Positions 36,861 to 50,058 of a stretch of DNA of 64,000 bases are shown one piece after another (the stretch's first letter is position 1; the number at the start of each line of letters is the position of its first letter). The notes beneath the pieces are model-generated. The model made no database searches. It saw only the letters and a program-made list of their open reading frames with translations, and was not told the origin of the DNA. The position numbers and the translations under genes are program-made. Location: positions 79,980,001 to 80,044,000 of the forward strand of contig OZ024742.1 in assembly GCA_964016885.1 (NCBI GenBank), given 5' to 3'. Origin of the DNA: Eledone cirrhosa (Eukaryota).

Positions 36861-39497
36861 TGTAGTGACCTATATTCCGCGGGCTCACATACATTCTCTG
36901 TGCGTGATTTGGCTCAGCTCAGCCAATGAGCGCCAGTAGAAGAGGATGTATACCTACGCGTTCTGAGGGAGAAATAGCCCGCAAAGATTGGAGGACGCTA
37001 TCACTCGCAGCTGGACCGTGCTAAGGTAAATCACGCTTGTTCTTTTTCTCCCGAAGCACAAACAATATGTAACAACAAAACATTACCTACGAGCCTGGCC
37101 AAACGCCTTCAACCAGTCGCCCATATTTTCTCGTGTAATCTTAATTGACTTGTTTCATTTCTCTTGGCATGCCAGCCTAATTCACTTCTTAACCTTGGTT
37201 AATAAAGAATGTAAAAACAAGCTAAAGTCGTTGTCGATATTCCTATCATATCTTTCTACCAAACCTGTTTCCTCACAGCAACACATTACAACTTCTAAAA
37301 TATACTTCTCTGCTAAATTGGTACTTATATCTTCAACCAAATTGGTGACCCCCGACGATTAAGAATGAAAACGCAGCCTATTTGAATTCGCCATTCGTTT
37401 TAACGGCAATGTGGAGTGGCTTAACATTTGGAATATTCGAATCGGGTAGCTAGACTCACTTAGCGTAAGTCCATAAAATTCATAATATTCCATTTGTTGA
37501 AGCACGCGACCTGCACAATATTTCTGTCATAACTCATGGTAACACTAGTGACTCACGCATACAGACGAACACAAAAATACAACACAAAAGAAAGGGTTTT
37601 TTCGACGACTAACAAAAAATTTCTCTTTTGGATTGAAAATTATGCGATGTCTTCTATCCGGTTGAGGTGGTTTGGTATATTTTAATTGTTTGATAAAATG
37701 AAGACGGTGACCACCGACTAAGAACAACTTGCCTTGCGAACATAGTTTGATAAAAACAAAAAAAAAAAATTGAAAAAAAAAGGATTTCTCTGGATACAGA
37801 ATTTTGCTTCCAGCGTTCTGTTAAAATTACAAATGGAGACTCAGAAATTTTGTTTTCCCGCGTTCAACTTGTCTTCTTCAATCCTAGCCATCTGATTGGC
37901 TGCATCGTGCCACATAACGGCTTCTTCATCACGAACACATTTTTCAATCAGCCATCTTGGATTTTCTTGCGAATAATTTTCAAAGAAAATAATTTTTTTA
38001 TTATTCAAATTTTCTTTAGAATATTTTTTAAAGAAAAAAATTAGCAGTATTTCAAAAACTTTACGCCACGAGGAAATTTCAAAACGGCTACCACCAAGTA
38101 CCAGCCATCGGCAGCAACACATGGCTAACTATTAACCAACACCAGGAAACAGCTTGTAACTTTACCAACGCAAACACCATACCTTCTGTCTCGTTACCAC
38201 AAGGATTCGACAAATTAAGACATTAGTTTTCTCACCATTATGGCGTCAGACGTGCCTGCCATGTTGGTGACTATAGGTTCTTCAACGCTAGACTTCGACT
38301 CTACAGAAGATTCATTGTGAGTTTGCTTTAACAACAACAACTCTACTAGCTTCCTAGTTAGAGCGATCCCAAAGAAAAAAGAAGCGAACTTTTTGTTAAA
38401 GGAAAAGAAACAATTCTTTCTTTCTTCCTTTTTTTGCAGGCATTTATTTTGGAAATTTATTTTTTTTAAACTGTATTATATGAACATACATTTCTCTCTA
38501 TCATTATATATTGACCGCACGCACACATTTTCTTTGTTGTATTACATGGAACTGCAACCCACCTACAGATTCAACTTGCTTTTTTTTTCATATCAAAGCA
38601 ACCAGCATTTTTTCCTGGCTCCCTAGCACATTCGGCAATACATCTTGGAGGCCGACATTTTCTCGCCTACCCATCATCTTATTGCCAGCACTGGTAAACT
38701 ACCATAATAGCTTCGTTCACAGCTACTGGTACACACTTACCATTAACATTTAATACAACAACATCAACTTCGTCCATGTCAGATTTATCTGTTTTCTGGT
38801 AGACCTTTGGTGGTCACGTATAAACTACAAAACAGCTAGTCATTTGACAGCGGCTCAACCCACCCGTCGCGCCTCATTTTATTTCTTGCATGCATCTTTC
38901 TGCTCAATTATTTTTTCACTGATGTGCTCTTTCAGCATTTGTTCTTGCTGATTCAATAATCTGTGGGTCCTCGGCTTCATCGTTAACGATTTTCGGCTAA
39001 AAATCTGCTCGGAGGTGATGTAGTGACCTACATTCCGCGGGCTCACATACATTCTCTGTGCGTGATTTGGCTCAGCTCAGCCAATCAGCGCCAGTAGAAG
39101 AGGATGTATCCCTACGCGTTCTGAGGGAGAAATAGCCCGCAAAGATTTGAGGATGCTATCACTCGCAGCTGGACCATGCTAAGGTAAAACAAGCTTGTTC
39201 TTTTGCTCCGTAAGCACAAACAATATGTAACGACAAAACATTACCTACGAGCCTGGCCAAACGCCTTCAGCCAGTCGCCTGTATTTTCTCTTGTAATCTT
39301 AATTGATTTGTTTCATTTCACTTGGCATGCCAGCCTAATTCACTTCTTAACCTTGGTTAATAAAGAATGTAAAAACAAGCTAAAGTCGTTGTCGATATTC
39401 CTATCATATCTTTCTACCAAACCTGTTTCCTCGCGGCAACACATTACAACTTCTAAAATATACTTCTCTGCTAAATTGGTACTTATATCTTCAACCA
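36861..39497 (+). mobile_element. Non-coding or decayed LTR retrotransposon (likely Ty3/Gypsy)
   Basis: 479-bp direct repeats TG...CA (36861-37339, 39019-39497), PBS TGGTGACCCCCGACG at 37343 (tRNA-Trp-like), purine-rich tract GGAGGTGA before 3' LTR. Confidence 0.88.
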
Positions 39498-39498
39498 A

Positions 39499-39875
39499 AA
39501 ATTAATAAAAATAATGAATAAAAACAATGAAACAGTTCCTTATATTAAAATTTTCATAATTTTACGATCGTTTCTAGGATATATATGTGTGTGTTGGTAT
39601 GAATATCATATATACCTATGTAAAAATGTTACAAACTATCAGAGGGAATATACATGCCTACACATATATATGCTGTCTTCAGAAATAATATTTCTGAAGA
39701 CAGCAGATATATGTGTAGGTATGTATATTCCCTCTGATAATTTGTAAAATGTTTACATAGATCTATATGATATACATACCAACACACACATATATATCCT
39801 AGAAACGATCTTGAGATGATGAATTGTTTAATATAAGGAACTGTTTCTTTGTTTTTATTTATTATTTTTATTAAT

Positions 39876-39877
<2 letters not shown>
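39499..39877. mobile_element. Fold-back palindrome with a long-stem-II hammerhead in each arm
   Basis: Centre ~39688; minus copy 39559-39686 reads ATTT-CTGAAGA-...-GAAA-CGATCG-TA-AAAT. Confidence 0.8.
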
Positions 39878-39966
<89 letters not shown>

Positions 39967-39968
39967 TA

Positions 39969-42900
39969 GAAAGTGAGGAATAACATGGTCAACAGTAAAT
40001 CTACGTACACCTCCTGTTGAGTCAAACAACGCCGTACGCTAAAACTACCCATAATAAGAAGTATTCACAACCTCTAACTGGATTACCTGTAACGATATTT
40101 TGTTATCCCTTGTACCAAGTTCCCATTAGGTTGAGCAAATAATTTAACGCACGGCACTAACATGGAAAGACACTACATAGCAATGTCCTTAAAAACATAC
40201 CTAAAGATACACATAAGGAATACACGCTAGATGGAAAGCATATCATAATAATGATACAAATGATGGGTCTACCAGTGAAACATATGGGTTTAGATCCTGT
40301 AAAAATCCACCGAACAACCCACAACTTGATGCCTTTGAACTTGACCTCATAAACATAACAAAGTAAACTAAATTCAAGAAAGGAACGCATCATAACAAGC
40401 CGCAAAATAACATCAATGCACTACTATACAATTGCGTAAAATCAACGGTATTATAGTAAAGGCAGACAAAACATCAAACGTATACACCATGAGTCTCAAT
40501 ACATACAACAACTTTATACGCCGGAAATTACATTAAAAAATACAAGAAAACTACAGTCTACAATCATTAACAAGGAAGGACTTAACATAGTAACAAAACT
40601 TAAAATATCTGATAGAACCGAACCTCTAAACCCTTGTAAACCCACTTTTAATCTGAATATCATAAATACAACTTCAAAACTGACACTACTATACTATTAG
40701 ATTGATGTGTCCATCAAAATCAGATATAGGCAAAATTAGCAAGTTTATACTAGATAGAATAATACCACAATTTAAAGTAAAACTAATAATAAAGCTCTGA
40801 GGTAACACTAATGAAGCAATAGATTGGTTTAATAAATTAGACAATAGAGAATCTTCCGACTTCATACAATTTGACATTAATGACTACTACTCTTCTATTT
40901 TCCCAATAACCCTAAAAAATGCACTATCCTTTGCACAGAATAACTCTGACCTGTCACCAGAGGAAATTAAAATAATACTAGCTGCTAGAAGAACAATCAT
41001 TAGTTACTGGGAAAGAAGAAAATAGACAAAATAACTTGATATAACTATGGAATCAAATGATTCAGCCCAAGATACGGATATTGTCGGAATATATACAGCA
41101 CATATTTATAGAGACGATACATGACTTTTAGTTAAATACCTAATTAATCAAAACTTAGAAAGATTACGGAAAAAGATTAGAAGATTCTTTAATACATTAA
41201 GTCTTAACATCACTTTTGAACTCAAATCTACAAAATCTAACTTCTTACATGTATCGCTTAACCTATAATCTGGACTAATAGAACCCTTCCATAAACATAA
41301 TGAAAATTTAGCTTACATTAATTATAACACTAATCACCCTCGATCCATAATTAACTCCATAGCACATAGTATATCCCTTAGAATCTCGCGCCTAGAGATT
41401 TTTAACGAACAGGCTAACTACTACAACATAGCTTTTCTTAAGGCAGGCCATAAAGAGAGACTCAAATACATACCAGATACAAAAAATAACAACACACTTA
41501 ATAGAAATAACACTATCCACACCTATAGAAGCAAAAAATCTAGGACTAAACATAGAAATTGGCAACAATCACGAGAATTAATTGAACAGAATACTAATAT
41601 AAAGACCACCAGTAACTATAGTAGATGCAGAGATAGAAAGCACTTATGATTCAATCCAGTATTTAACTCCTCTATAAAAACAAAACTACCTTACACTTTC
41701 TTCAAATTAGTTGATAAACACTTCCCTTAAATTCATAAATATCATAAAATCTTTAATAGAAAAACTATCAATCTATCATACTCGACTGCCAACAACATAT
41801 AATCGCACATACATAAAATTAACTATAAGAGAATTTATAATACAAGTAGCCCGCAAATAAGTACCATAACACCAAATACAAAACAAGCATATAGCATCAT
41901 CAAAACCAAACACACGTCAGAACACATCACCACAATGCAAAATCAAACCCAATTCTCAGCCCGTATATAACAACTTAAAAAAAAATCATATTGACGAACC
42001 GGCACAAAGGAAGGCATCTAAATGTAACTGTCATCCGCATGACAAATGCCCATTACAAAATAGATGCCTGGAGTGAAATAGGGTGTACCTATGTACTATA
42101 AATTCAGGCAGCTTAGCATGGTACTACATAGGTTCCACAGCGGGGGAGTTTAAGAAAAGGTGGTATGTCCATATACACTCTATGCATAACAGGAAGGTCA
42201 TAAACAACAACACTTGCCAATAAAATCTGGCAACTCAGAGATGCAAACATGGAATATAAAATCAGCTGCACGAAGCTATCTACAGCAATAGCCTATAGGA
42301 TTGGCATGTCCCACTGTGGTCTTTGTAATATAGAGCTTTTCCAAATTTTAAATTACAACAAAATGCTACTTAACAGTAACATTGAAAGAACTATTTTCAG
42401 TAGGCATAACACGGCGACCAAATTTAAGAACTTTAGACCAGCTTAATTCACCTAATCTATTCATTAACCCAAATTGTACCACTTAGATCTATTATATTAT
42501 CCTCTTATCATCATTATTTTCATAATTGTCATCATCTATCAATGAACCAACATCATAACCTCTTATATTTTACATTCATATTTTATATATCTCTATCTTT
42601 CACTTTCTATATTTCTATTTCTCTCACTAAATTTATTTCATCTCTGGCATTTTATCTTTTTTTATCTTATCATATCATTTTCACTTCTAATATAACTTAC
42701 AACTAATTAATCAAATAATTAATTTATTAAAATAACCAATACACACATAAATATATTTAACATTATCAAGTTTATACCTTCGTATCTCTATATTTTAGCC
42801 ACTCTCAATAACCACTTTCAATAATGTTTAAATTTCTTCGCACATTTTTATTATTTATTTTCATATTTTGTATTATTTGTATCATCGTTGATGTAACTTG

Positions 42901-43581
42901 TTTATTTATTTATTTATATTTAGATTTAGATTTATTCATGTGTTAACATTTATTCATTTATTGTTGATATCATTATGTTCCCCCTATTTTTCTTTGTCTC
43001 TACCTTTATTTCACCTTCATCCTTTCTCTCCTCTTTCTATCCTCCTTTCTCTATGTCTTTTTTTCTCTATATATCTTTCTCTGTTTTACTTTCTCCTTTT
43101 TCTTTTTCTTTTTCTTTTTCTTTTTCTTTTTCTTTTTCTTTTTCCTTCTTTCTTTTATCTATCTCTGTTTCTTTTTTTTTCTCTCTTTATTATTAATATT
43201 ATTAATGATGCTGTAATTTGATTTTGTAAATTTACCGGATATTTTTGGTAGTTATCTCTGATGATCTGATTAGGCTAACATCGTATTTGAAATTGAGTGG
43301 CACTGCTTCTAGTATTCAGCAATTTTAGACAACTTAATCAGTGAAACAATTGTTAGACTGTACATAAATCCCTTTTTTGTACTATTGACCATGTTATTCG
43401 TCACTTTTTCAATTGTATTACTCCAAGATAAACTTACATAGGAATACAAGTGAAATCATATACTCGCCATCTGCTTAAACCTCTTGTTGAGTCAAATAAC
43501 GCCGTACGCTAAAACTATCCATAATAAGAAGTATTCACAACCTCTAACTGGATTACCTATAACGATATTTTGTTATCCCTT
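39969..43581 (+). mobile_element. Decayed full-length Naiad-type PLE
   Basis: KADKT, RLMCPSKSDIGKISK, FIQFDI, IYRDD, CNC..CPL..C, YYIGST, CGLCNIE motifs; direct repeat 40009-40111 / 43479-43581; short inverted piece at 39969-39998. Confidence 0.85.
43255..43357 (+). ncRNA. Hammerhead with long stem II in Naiad pLTR
   Basis: TCT-CTGATGA-[TCTGATTA...TAATCAGT]-GAAA-CAATTG-TT-AGA; palindromic ACAATTGT. Confidence 0.75.
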
Positions 43582-43699
43582 ATATATATATAGATCAAGT
43601 GTGCTACGCGAAGCCGTCGTTTATTATCATTTTCCTTAAAAAACGTGATCTTAATAAAACGTTTTCTAACGTAAAGTCCACACTTTATATATATATATA

Positions 43700-43870
43700 T
43701 CATCATCATCATCGTTTAACGTCCATTTGCCACGCTAACATGGGTCTGGACGGGAATTGTTCCACTTGAAGCAAGATTGGTTGTCTTGCTCAGGACTGTC
43801 TGGCGAGTTTTCTATGGCTGGATGCCCTTCCTAACACCAACCACCTTTACAGTGTGGACTGAGAGGTTAT
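43700..43870 (-). mobile_element. SINE or LINE 3'-end fragment with (GAT)n tail
   Basis: (CAT)n-CGTTTAACGTCC...GGCTGGATGCCCTTCCTAACACCAACC. Confidence 0.55.
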
Positions 43871-44136
43871 TTGTCGTGACACCTACACGACCTCATTTAT
43901 TTAGGACTGGATGTTGTGTTACCAACATAGCTTTACATCGAAAAGGGTGGTGTAGATGGTGGTGGGGGTAGGGTTAGTGGGAGGGGGTGTATTTTGGTTA
44001 AGAGTTGCCTACTGACTGTAGGTTTCGCTTTGTACTTAGGCAAGGCGGGTCTTCTGTATTACTACGTAGCGCCAAAGATCTCGGTCCAGTGACATTGTCT
44101 TGGAGATATATAACATATATGTATATATATTCTCTT

Positions 44137-44214
<78 letters not shown>

Positions 44215-44221
<7 letters not shown>

Positions 44222-44497
44222 TGTATATATAGTGTATTTTGCAATACACTGTATGCTTAATTAAAAGCATTTTGAAGACCATACGCTATTGTTTTAAAGT
44301 AGTGACAATGTCACTTACTTAAATTTTCAGCAAACATGGGAGATAAGCTGACGGAGCTCTGGCTCTTAGTTGTTGGTACTTATGAAAGCTCACTACTGTT
44401 CATGTTTGCTGGAAATTATGTGTGTTGGATTCTTATATAATTCCAGTAATAATCAGGAACTGATTATACTGAGCGCTCGCCGGTCCAGCAGAAATTA
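44215..44497. mobile_element. Older monomer of the 323-bp hammerhead repeat family
   Basis: Aligns with 25950-26240; ribozyme core degraded. Confidence 0.75.
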
Positions 44498-44615
44498 ACG
44501 TCATTACACCATGTGCTTTCAGAACGAAGGCCGAGTTGGACATAGCTGTAGATATTCAATGGTATATTGATTTATTTACCATTTTCATACTAAATCTCCT
44601 TAGAATGGTGAGATT

Positions 44616-44765
44616 AAACCTCTGATGAGTACCTGGGTCTCATGTGGTTTAATCATAATTTATAGATTGTCTTCGATGATCGATTATATTGATTGATTTT
44701 TTTGATGATCGATTTTATCGATTTGTTGGCACGCTTTCTAGGTATGAAATAGTACTATAAGGTTT
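44616..44765 (+). ncRNA. Hammerhead with intact core and ~100-nt loop II insertion
   Basis: AAACCT-CTGATGA-GTACCTGG...CTAGGTAT-GAAA-TAGTACTA-TA-AGGTTT. Confidence 0.85.
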
Positions 44766-44972
44766 CCCTTACGATTCCACCTGTGTACATATTCATCTAT
44801 AGAATATGTATTGGGTATATATACAATATACCGTGTTTCTTTGGCTCTTTCTCTCTCTATATAGACATATATCTTTTAATTCGTTTATTATGGCTCTACA
44901 TAAAGTCAATTGAGCATACTTATTCAGAAACACAAAATTCTAAACATATTTGATATGGTTTGATTCATCATT

Positions 44973-45016
<44 letters not shown>

Positions 45017-45215
45017 TGGAATCTATATTATTTTTATTTTTTAGTCGACGTATAACAAAAGAATATATTGCTGTTGTTCATATATACATGCAGATCTTCG
45101 AAACTCTATTAGTATTTTGCCAAAAGACGTCATTGAAACTGACATTCAACTCAAACCAAAAGTTTTTAAACGATACTTACTATTCAACTCGAGCCATTCA
45201 AGCTAGCTGAAGACA

Positions 45216-45960
45216 AATATTCCATTTAATCCGGCCAGAAGAATCTCCAAGCACTAAAAGAAATTCTACTCAAAAGACAGTATCCATAATTATTAATAGA
45301 TAACGGATTAGAATGTGCCAAATCAATAGACATTTGAAGTATTACGAAAAGGAAAAGCAGCTTTAGATACTTCCAATATTCTACTCTATATATCAACAAT
45401 CTATGAAATGCAGCGGTATACCACATTATCTATATGAACTTCCCACTATTAAGACAAGACCAAATAATGAAAATAGCGCACGAAACATAAAATAATCAAA
45501 AGCAAAAGACAAAAAGAAAAAAAAACTACTCACCAGTGCCAAATTACCCTACAAAAACAGAAAACCAACAGTTAAAAATTGTGGGTGCCCTAATTGTGGA
45601 ACTTGCATTAACCCCATTGAAGACACATTCTATACATTTAAATCAGGACAAATATTTTTGTAAAAAGCCACTTCACCTGTTCAACAAAAAATTAATATAT
45701 GCCATTAAATGTAAATATATCGTGGGAATCAACCTCCCAATCAGAAGTAGAAAGACAATTCACTGCCAACAATCACGAAACCCCCACCATACGTCAAATA
45801 CCACTTAGTGAACATCTAGATCTGTGTGCAACGAACAAGTCCCCCAGACTCCAGGTTTTTCCATTATACCATTGTTCAGATAAGACCACATTTTAAACAC
45901 GATTAAATAAAGACTATATATTTATTATGAAATACAAATGACGTCTGAATAGACACTAAT
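45216..45960 (+). mobile_element. Decayed Neptune PLE 3' fragment (thumb, Zn linker, GIY-YIG)
   Basis: PFNPARR, CGCPNCGTC, LIYAIKC, RQIPLSEHLDLCA, FPLY motifs; homologous to 50059-51204. Confidence 0.75.
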
Positions 45961-46135
45961 TTACCCCACCACCATCACCACCCCATACCCACACATACGA
46001 ACCCGTAACATTCTTCGCCTTTCTAATGGAATTATTAACGTTATTATTATTTCTATTGTTGTTATCATTTTTATTATCTTAACATATGACCCATCTCTGC
46101 TCGAAAAGAGGTGGGAATATACACTCGCTATTGCT

Positions 46136-46184
<49 letters not shown>

Positions 46185-46374
46185 TCACGCAAGAATAAAT
46201 AAAATAATATATATTTATTTAAAATGTAGGAAATATACTTCTGCTCCCTGTTACTTACTGAAATAACAACCCAGCACACACATGTACACACGTACACACA
46301 CACACAGTTTCAAACAATTATTGTTCATTTTGCCTGTTGTCATTATAGTTGTCATTATAATAGAGATATTTACG

Positions 46375-46590
46375 GCCGTGGATTGGCAGTATCTGTAGAT
46401 GGTCGAACGCCATGCTTTGCCACATAGAGTTACGGCCCTTTATGATCTGAGTTCAAATGCCACCGACTTTGACTTTGCCTTTCATGCTTACAGGGTCGAT
46501 AAAATAAAGTACCAGTCACGTACTAGGGTCGATTTAATCGACTTTCTTCTCCCCCAAAATTGCTGACCTTGTGCCTATATAAGAAACCAT
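46375..46590 (+). mobile_element. tRNA-derived SINE
   Basis: Aligns with 8336-8524. Confidence 0.8.
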
Positions 46591-46696
46591 TATGATAGCG
46601 ATATTATAGTAATAATAATAGTTTGTGATTCAGGCACAAGGCCATCAATTTTGGAGGGAATGGAAACTCAAATAAACAGACCCCAGTGCATTATTG

Positions 46697-46864
46697 CAGT
46701 GAAATTCCGTTATAACAAAATTCATGTGGTATAGAAAAATTCGTTGTAATGAAAACAACCGAAATAAATTGAGTGTTAGTTTGTTAATAATTTGGGTATT
46801 GAAACAAATTTCGTTATAGTGAAAAATGCGTTATAATGGTATTCGTTATAACGGATTTTACCTG
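46697..46864. mobile_element. Tc1/pogo-type MITE inserted into a minus-strand SINE (46625-46925)
   Basis: TIR CAGTGAAATTCCGTTATAAC / GTTATAACGGATTTTACCTG; SINE halves on both sides. Confidence 0.75.
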
Positions 46865-47565
46865 TACTACTTTATTTTATCGACTCCATATGGATGAAGG
46901 CAAAATTAACCTTGCACAATTTCAACTTAGCACGTAACCTGACGTAACTCTATGGTACAAGCGTGGTCTCCGTTGGTGATAGTGGTAATGGTAATAATAA
47001 ATATTATTATTGATATTTTTTGCTATTATTGATATTGTCATTGCTATTATTGATATATTATTGATATTGTTATTCAATATGACTATTGAAGAAAGGAAAA
47101 CCATGTTAACTGGAACACGGCAGACAGTAATATAGTAAAACACATAATCACTACAACAGAACACTCACGTGTTCTGGCGTGAAAGTACCAACAAATTCGG
47201 TGCGTAATCATGTGACTATCCCCAGTCTATCAACTTATACTTTAAACTTGCAGCAAATTGTCTGTATAAAACTGAAGGAATCATTGCACTCCCTATTTTG
47301 ATGCGTAATCCTGTCATCTTCCATAAACTATCAAATTGTATTTTAATTGGATAGCATTCCGAGCCACATTTTCGCCTGAAAATGAAAGAAATTCAGCTAG
47401 ATGCGAGTTACTAGCAGGCGGGCCACACATCTCTCTATCTCCCTTATGAAAATGACGAAGCTTGTGAAATTGGGTAAGTGATGAATTATTGTAAATAACA
47501 TTTTTTTAAGACTCCCATTGCATTTTCAACTTATTTCTATAAGGATATGAGCAAATAACTTACTT

Positions 47566-47621
<56 letters not shown>

Positions 47622-48318
47622 GAAACTGAATTAATTATTTTACCGCAGAAAATTAAACTTTGTAACCATGCACCAAGAAGCTCAACCGCAAGTATTAGCA
47701 CATATACATACGTTTCTAGAAAATTCCAAATACATATGGAAATAAATATTCATACATGCACCCAACTTGAGCGAATGTACGGGCACACACATATATATCT
47801 ATTTACATATGTATATATATGTATTTACATATATATATATATATGTAAATATACATATATATATATGTATATATATTAATATATATAAATATAAGATATA
47901 TATATATGTATCTATATATGTACACATATATATATGTGTGTGTATAAGTATGTATGTGAGTATGTGTGTGGTGTGTGTGTGTGTATATATAAAGATATAA
48001 TGAATATATATGTGTGTAGATACTTATAAATTGTATTCCTCACATAGCCACTGTGCACAATATATTTAGGTTGCGCATGTAAACAGTCCATTGGTATTCT
48101 CTGGGGATGGTATGTCAAATTTTATCAGGAACTATGGCATGACTTTTGGTAATCAGGCAGTCCCCAGCACACAGATAACATGCAATCTGACACAGAAAAA
48201 TATAGAATCAGAATTTACATTCACACGCACACACACTCTCAAACTCATTCATATTTGCATATATATATATAGATATATATAGATAGAAACATACACAGAC
48301 ACACACAGACACACACAC

Positions 48319-48451
<133 letters not shown>

Positions 48452-48509
48452 TACAATATATATATATACATATATACAATATATATATATATATATATAA
48501 TACATATAT

Positions 48510-48579
<70 letters not shown>

Positions 48580-48975
48580 CATACGTGTGTATATGTATCT
48601 CTCTCTCGCTCTTTCTCTCTCTCTTTATCGATATATAAATATATATATATATTTACATATGTAAAATATTTGCCTACTAATATAAACAAGCCTATATGTA
48701 CATGACACTAATATATGCATACATATTAGAATATACACATAATTATAACTCTGTTCAAATTGACATAAATAACCCCATCGCTGCAGAGCACCATTCATGG
48801 TTTTATTTATGTCAATATGAACATATATATATATATATATTAGAAAGTGAGGTTTTTTTAAACAAAATGAAAAATAACCGAGGTGTCCTACACGAGTGAA
48901 AGTATAAAGAAAAAAAGATGAAATCGAAAATGCAACTGGAGTCTTATTTTAAAAAAAAATATATTTATTTGGTTC

Positions 48976-49011
48976 CTTTACCGGTTTCGCAGTTCTTCTG
49001 CTTTTCAAAAG
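48976..49011 (-). ncRNA. Minimal hammerhead, U3-A8 variant
   Basis: Reverse complement CTT-TTGAAAA-GCAG-AAGAA-CTGC-GAAA-CCGG-TA-AAG. Confidence 0.75.
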
Positions 49012-50058
49012 TAGAGTTGAGATGGAGGGTCTGCGGTTTTTCTCACATCTGGTCGGTCTCTGAATGTTACTTGTTTTATATGGAAAAGGTGGCTCGAAAA
49101 GCCAGGTTTTCGAGAAGTAATTTGATTGGTTGGTCAATAATTATAATAAATTTCGCGCCAGTTCCCGTTACAAAGTTCTTCAAACAAGGTGGGGGGGTGT
49201 TACAGGTTGTTTTTTCATATATGAGTGTTTGAATTTCTTTTCACTTAAAAAAAGGGCGGGGGGGGGGCTCATGACGGCTTTTTTTTAATAAACGTAATTT
49301 GATTGGTTATAAATGAAATTATGGCTGTCACGTGAACAAGTTTTCATTAAATTTTCGCGCCCTTATTTGGAAATCTATTCTGTAGCCTTTTTAGAGAATG
49401 CTATGACAAGTAAAATATAATGGTCAAGAGAAATGGGATGGGAGAATTGTTCTGGTTCAGTGAATATGGTTAGTTCGCTGGGGTGTCAGAATTCAGATTT
49501 TCTATTGAATAAAGAAAGTAAAGATATGTATGTTTATTTGTGTGCTTGTGTGTGTGTGTGTGTGTGTGTGTAATCGAAGATGATTCTATTAGTAGAAATG
49601 GGGGAGGGAGTTGTGTGTGTGTGTATATGGGTGTTATGTGTGTGTGTGTGGGGGGGGGAGTATGTTAAGATGGAGCGAATATATATATTTTGTGTGTGTG
49701 TATATATGTGTGTAGGAAAGTGATTCCATTAGTAGAAATGGAGAGGGAGTAGTGTGTGTGTATGGCTGGTATGTGTGTGTATGGCTGGTATGTGTGTGGG
49801 AGTATGGTTAGCATGTTAAGATGAAGAGAATATATATAGATATTGTGTGTGTGTGTGGGGGGGGGGGTGATTCCTTTAGTAGAAATATTTTTGAATGAAC
49901 ATATTTTCCTTATTTTTTCCTATGTGTTCTGTTGTATTGTCAGTGCAAACTTATGTTAAGGTTTATTTAGTTCGGGTTTTTATTTTCTAAAGTAGAAGGT
50001 GTTATGTGTATGTGTCTGTTTGGGTGGTTAGCATGTTATGGTGTTGACATAATGTATA

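Noticed and set aside
40790-42080. In-frame TGA codons in the Naiad element suggesting selenocysteine
   Set aside because: They fall at Trp (L*GNT, L*FNP) or other non-Cys positions in a heavily decayed copy; conserved Cys codons are TGT/TGC and no SECIS was seen
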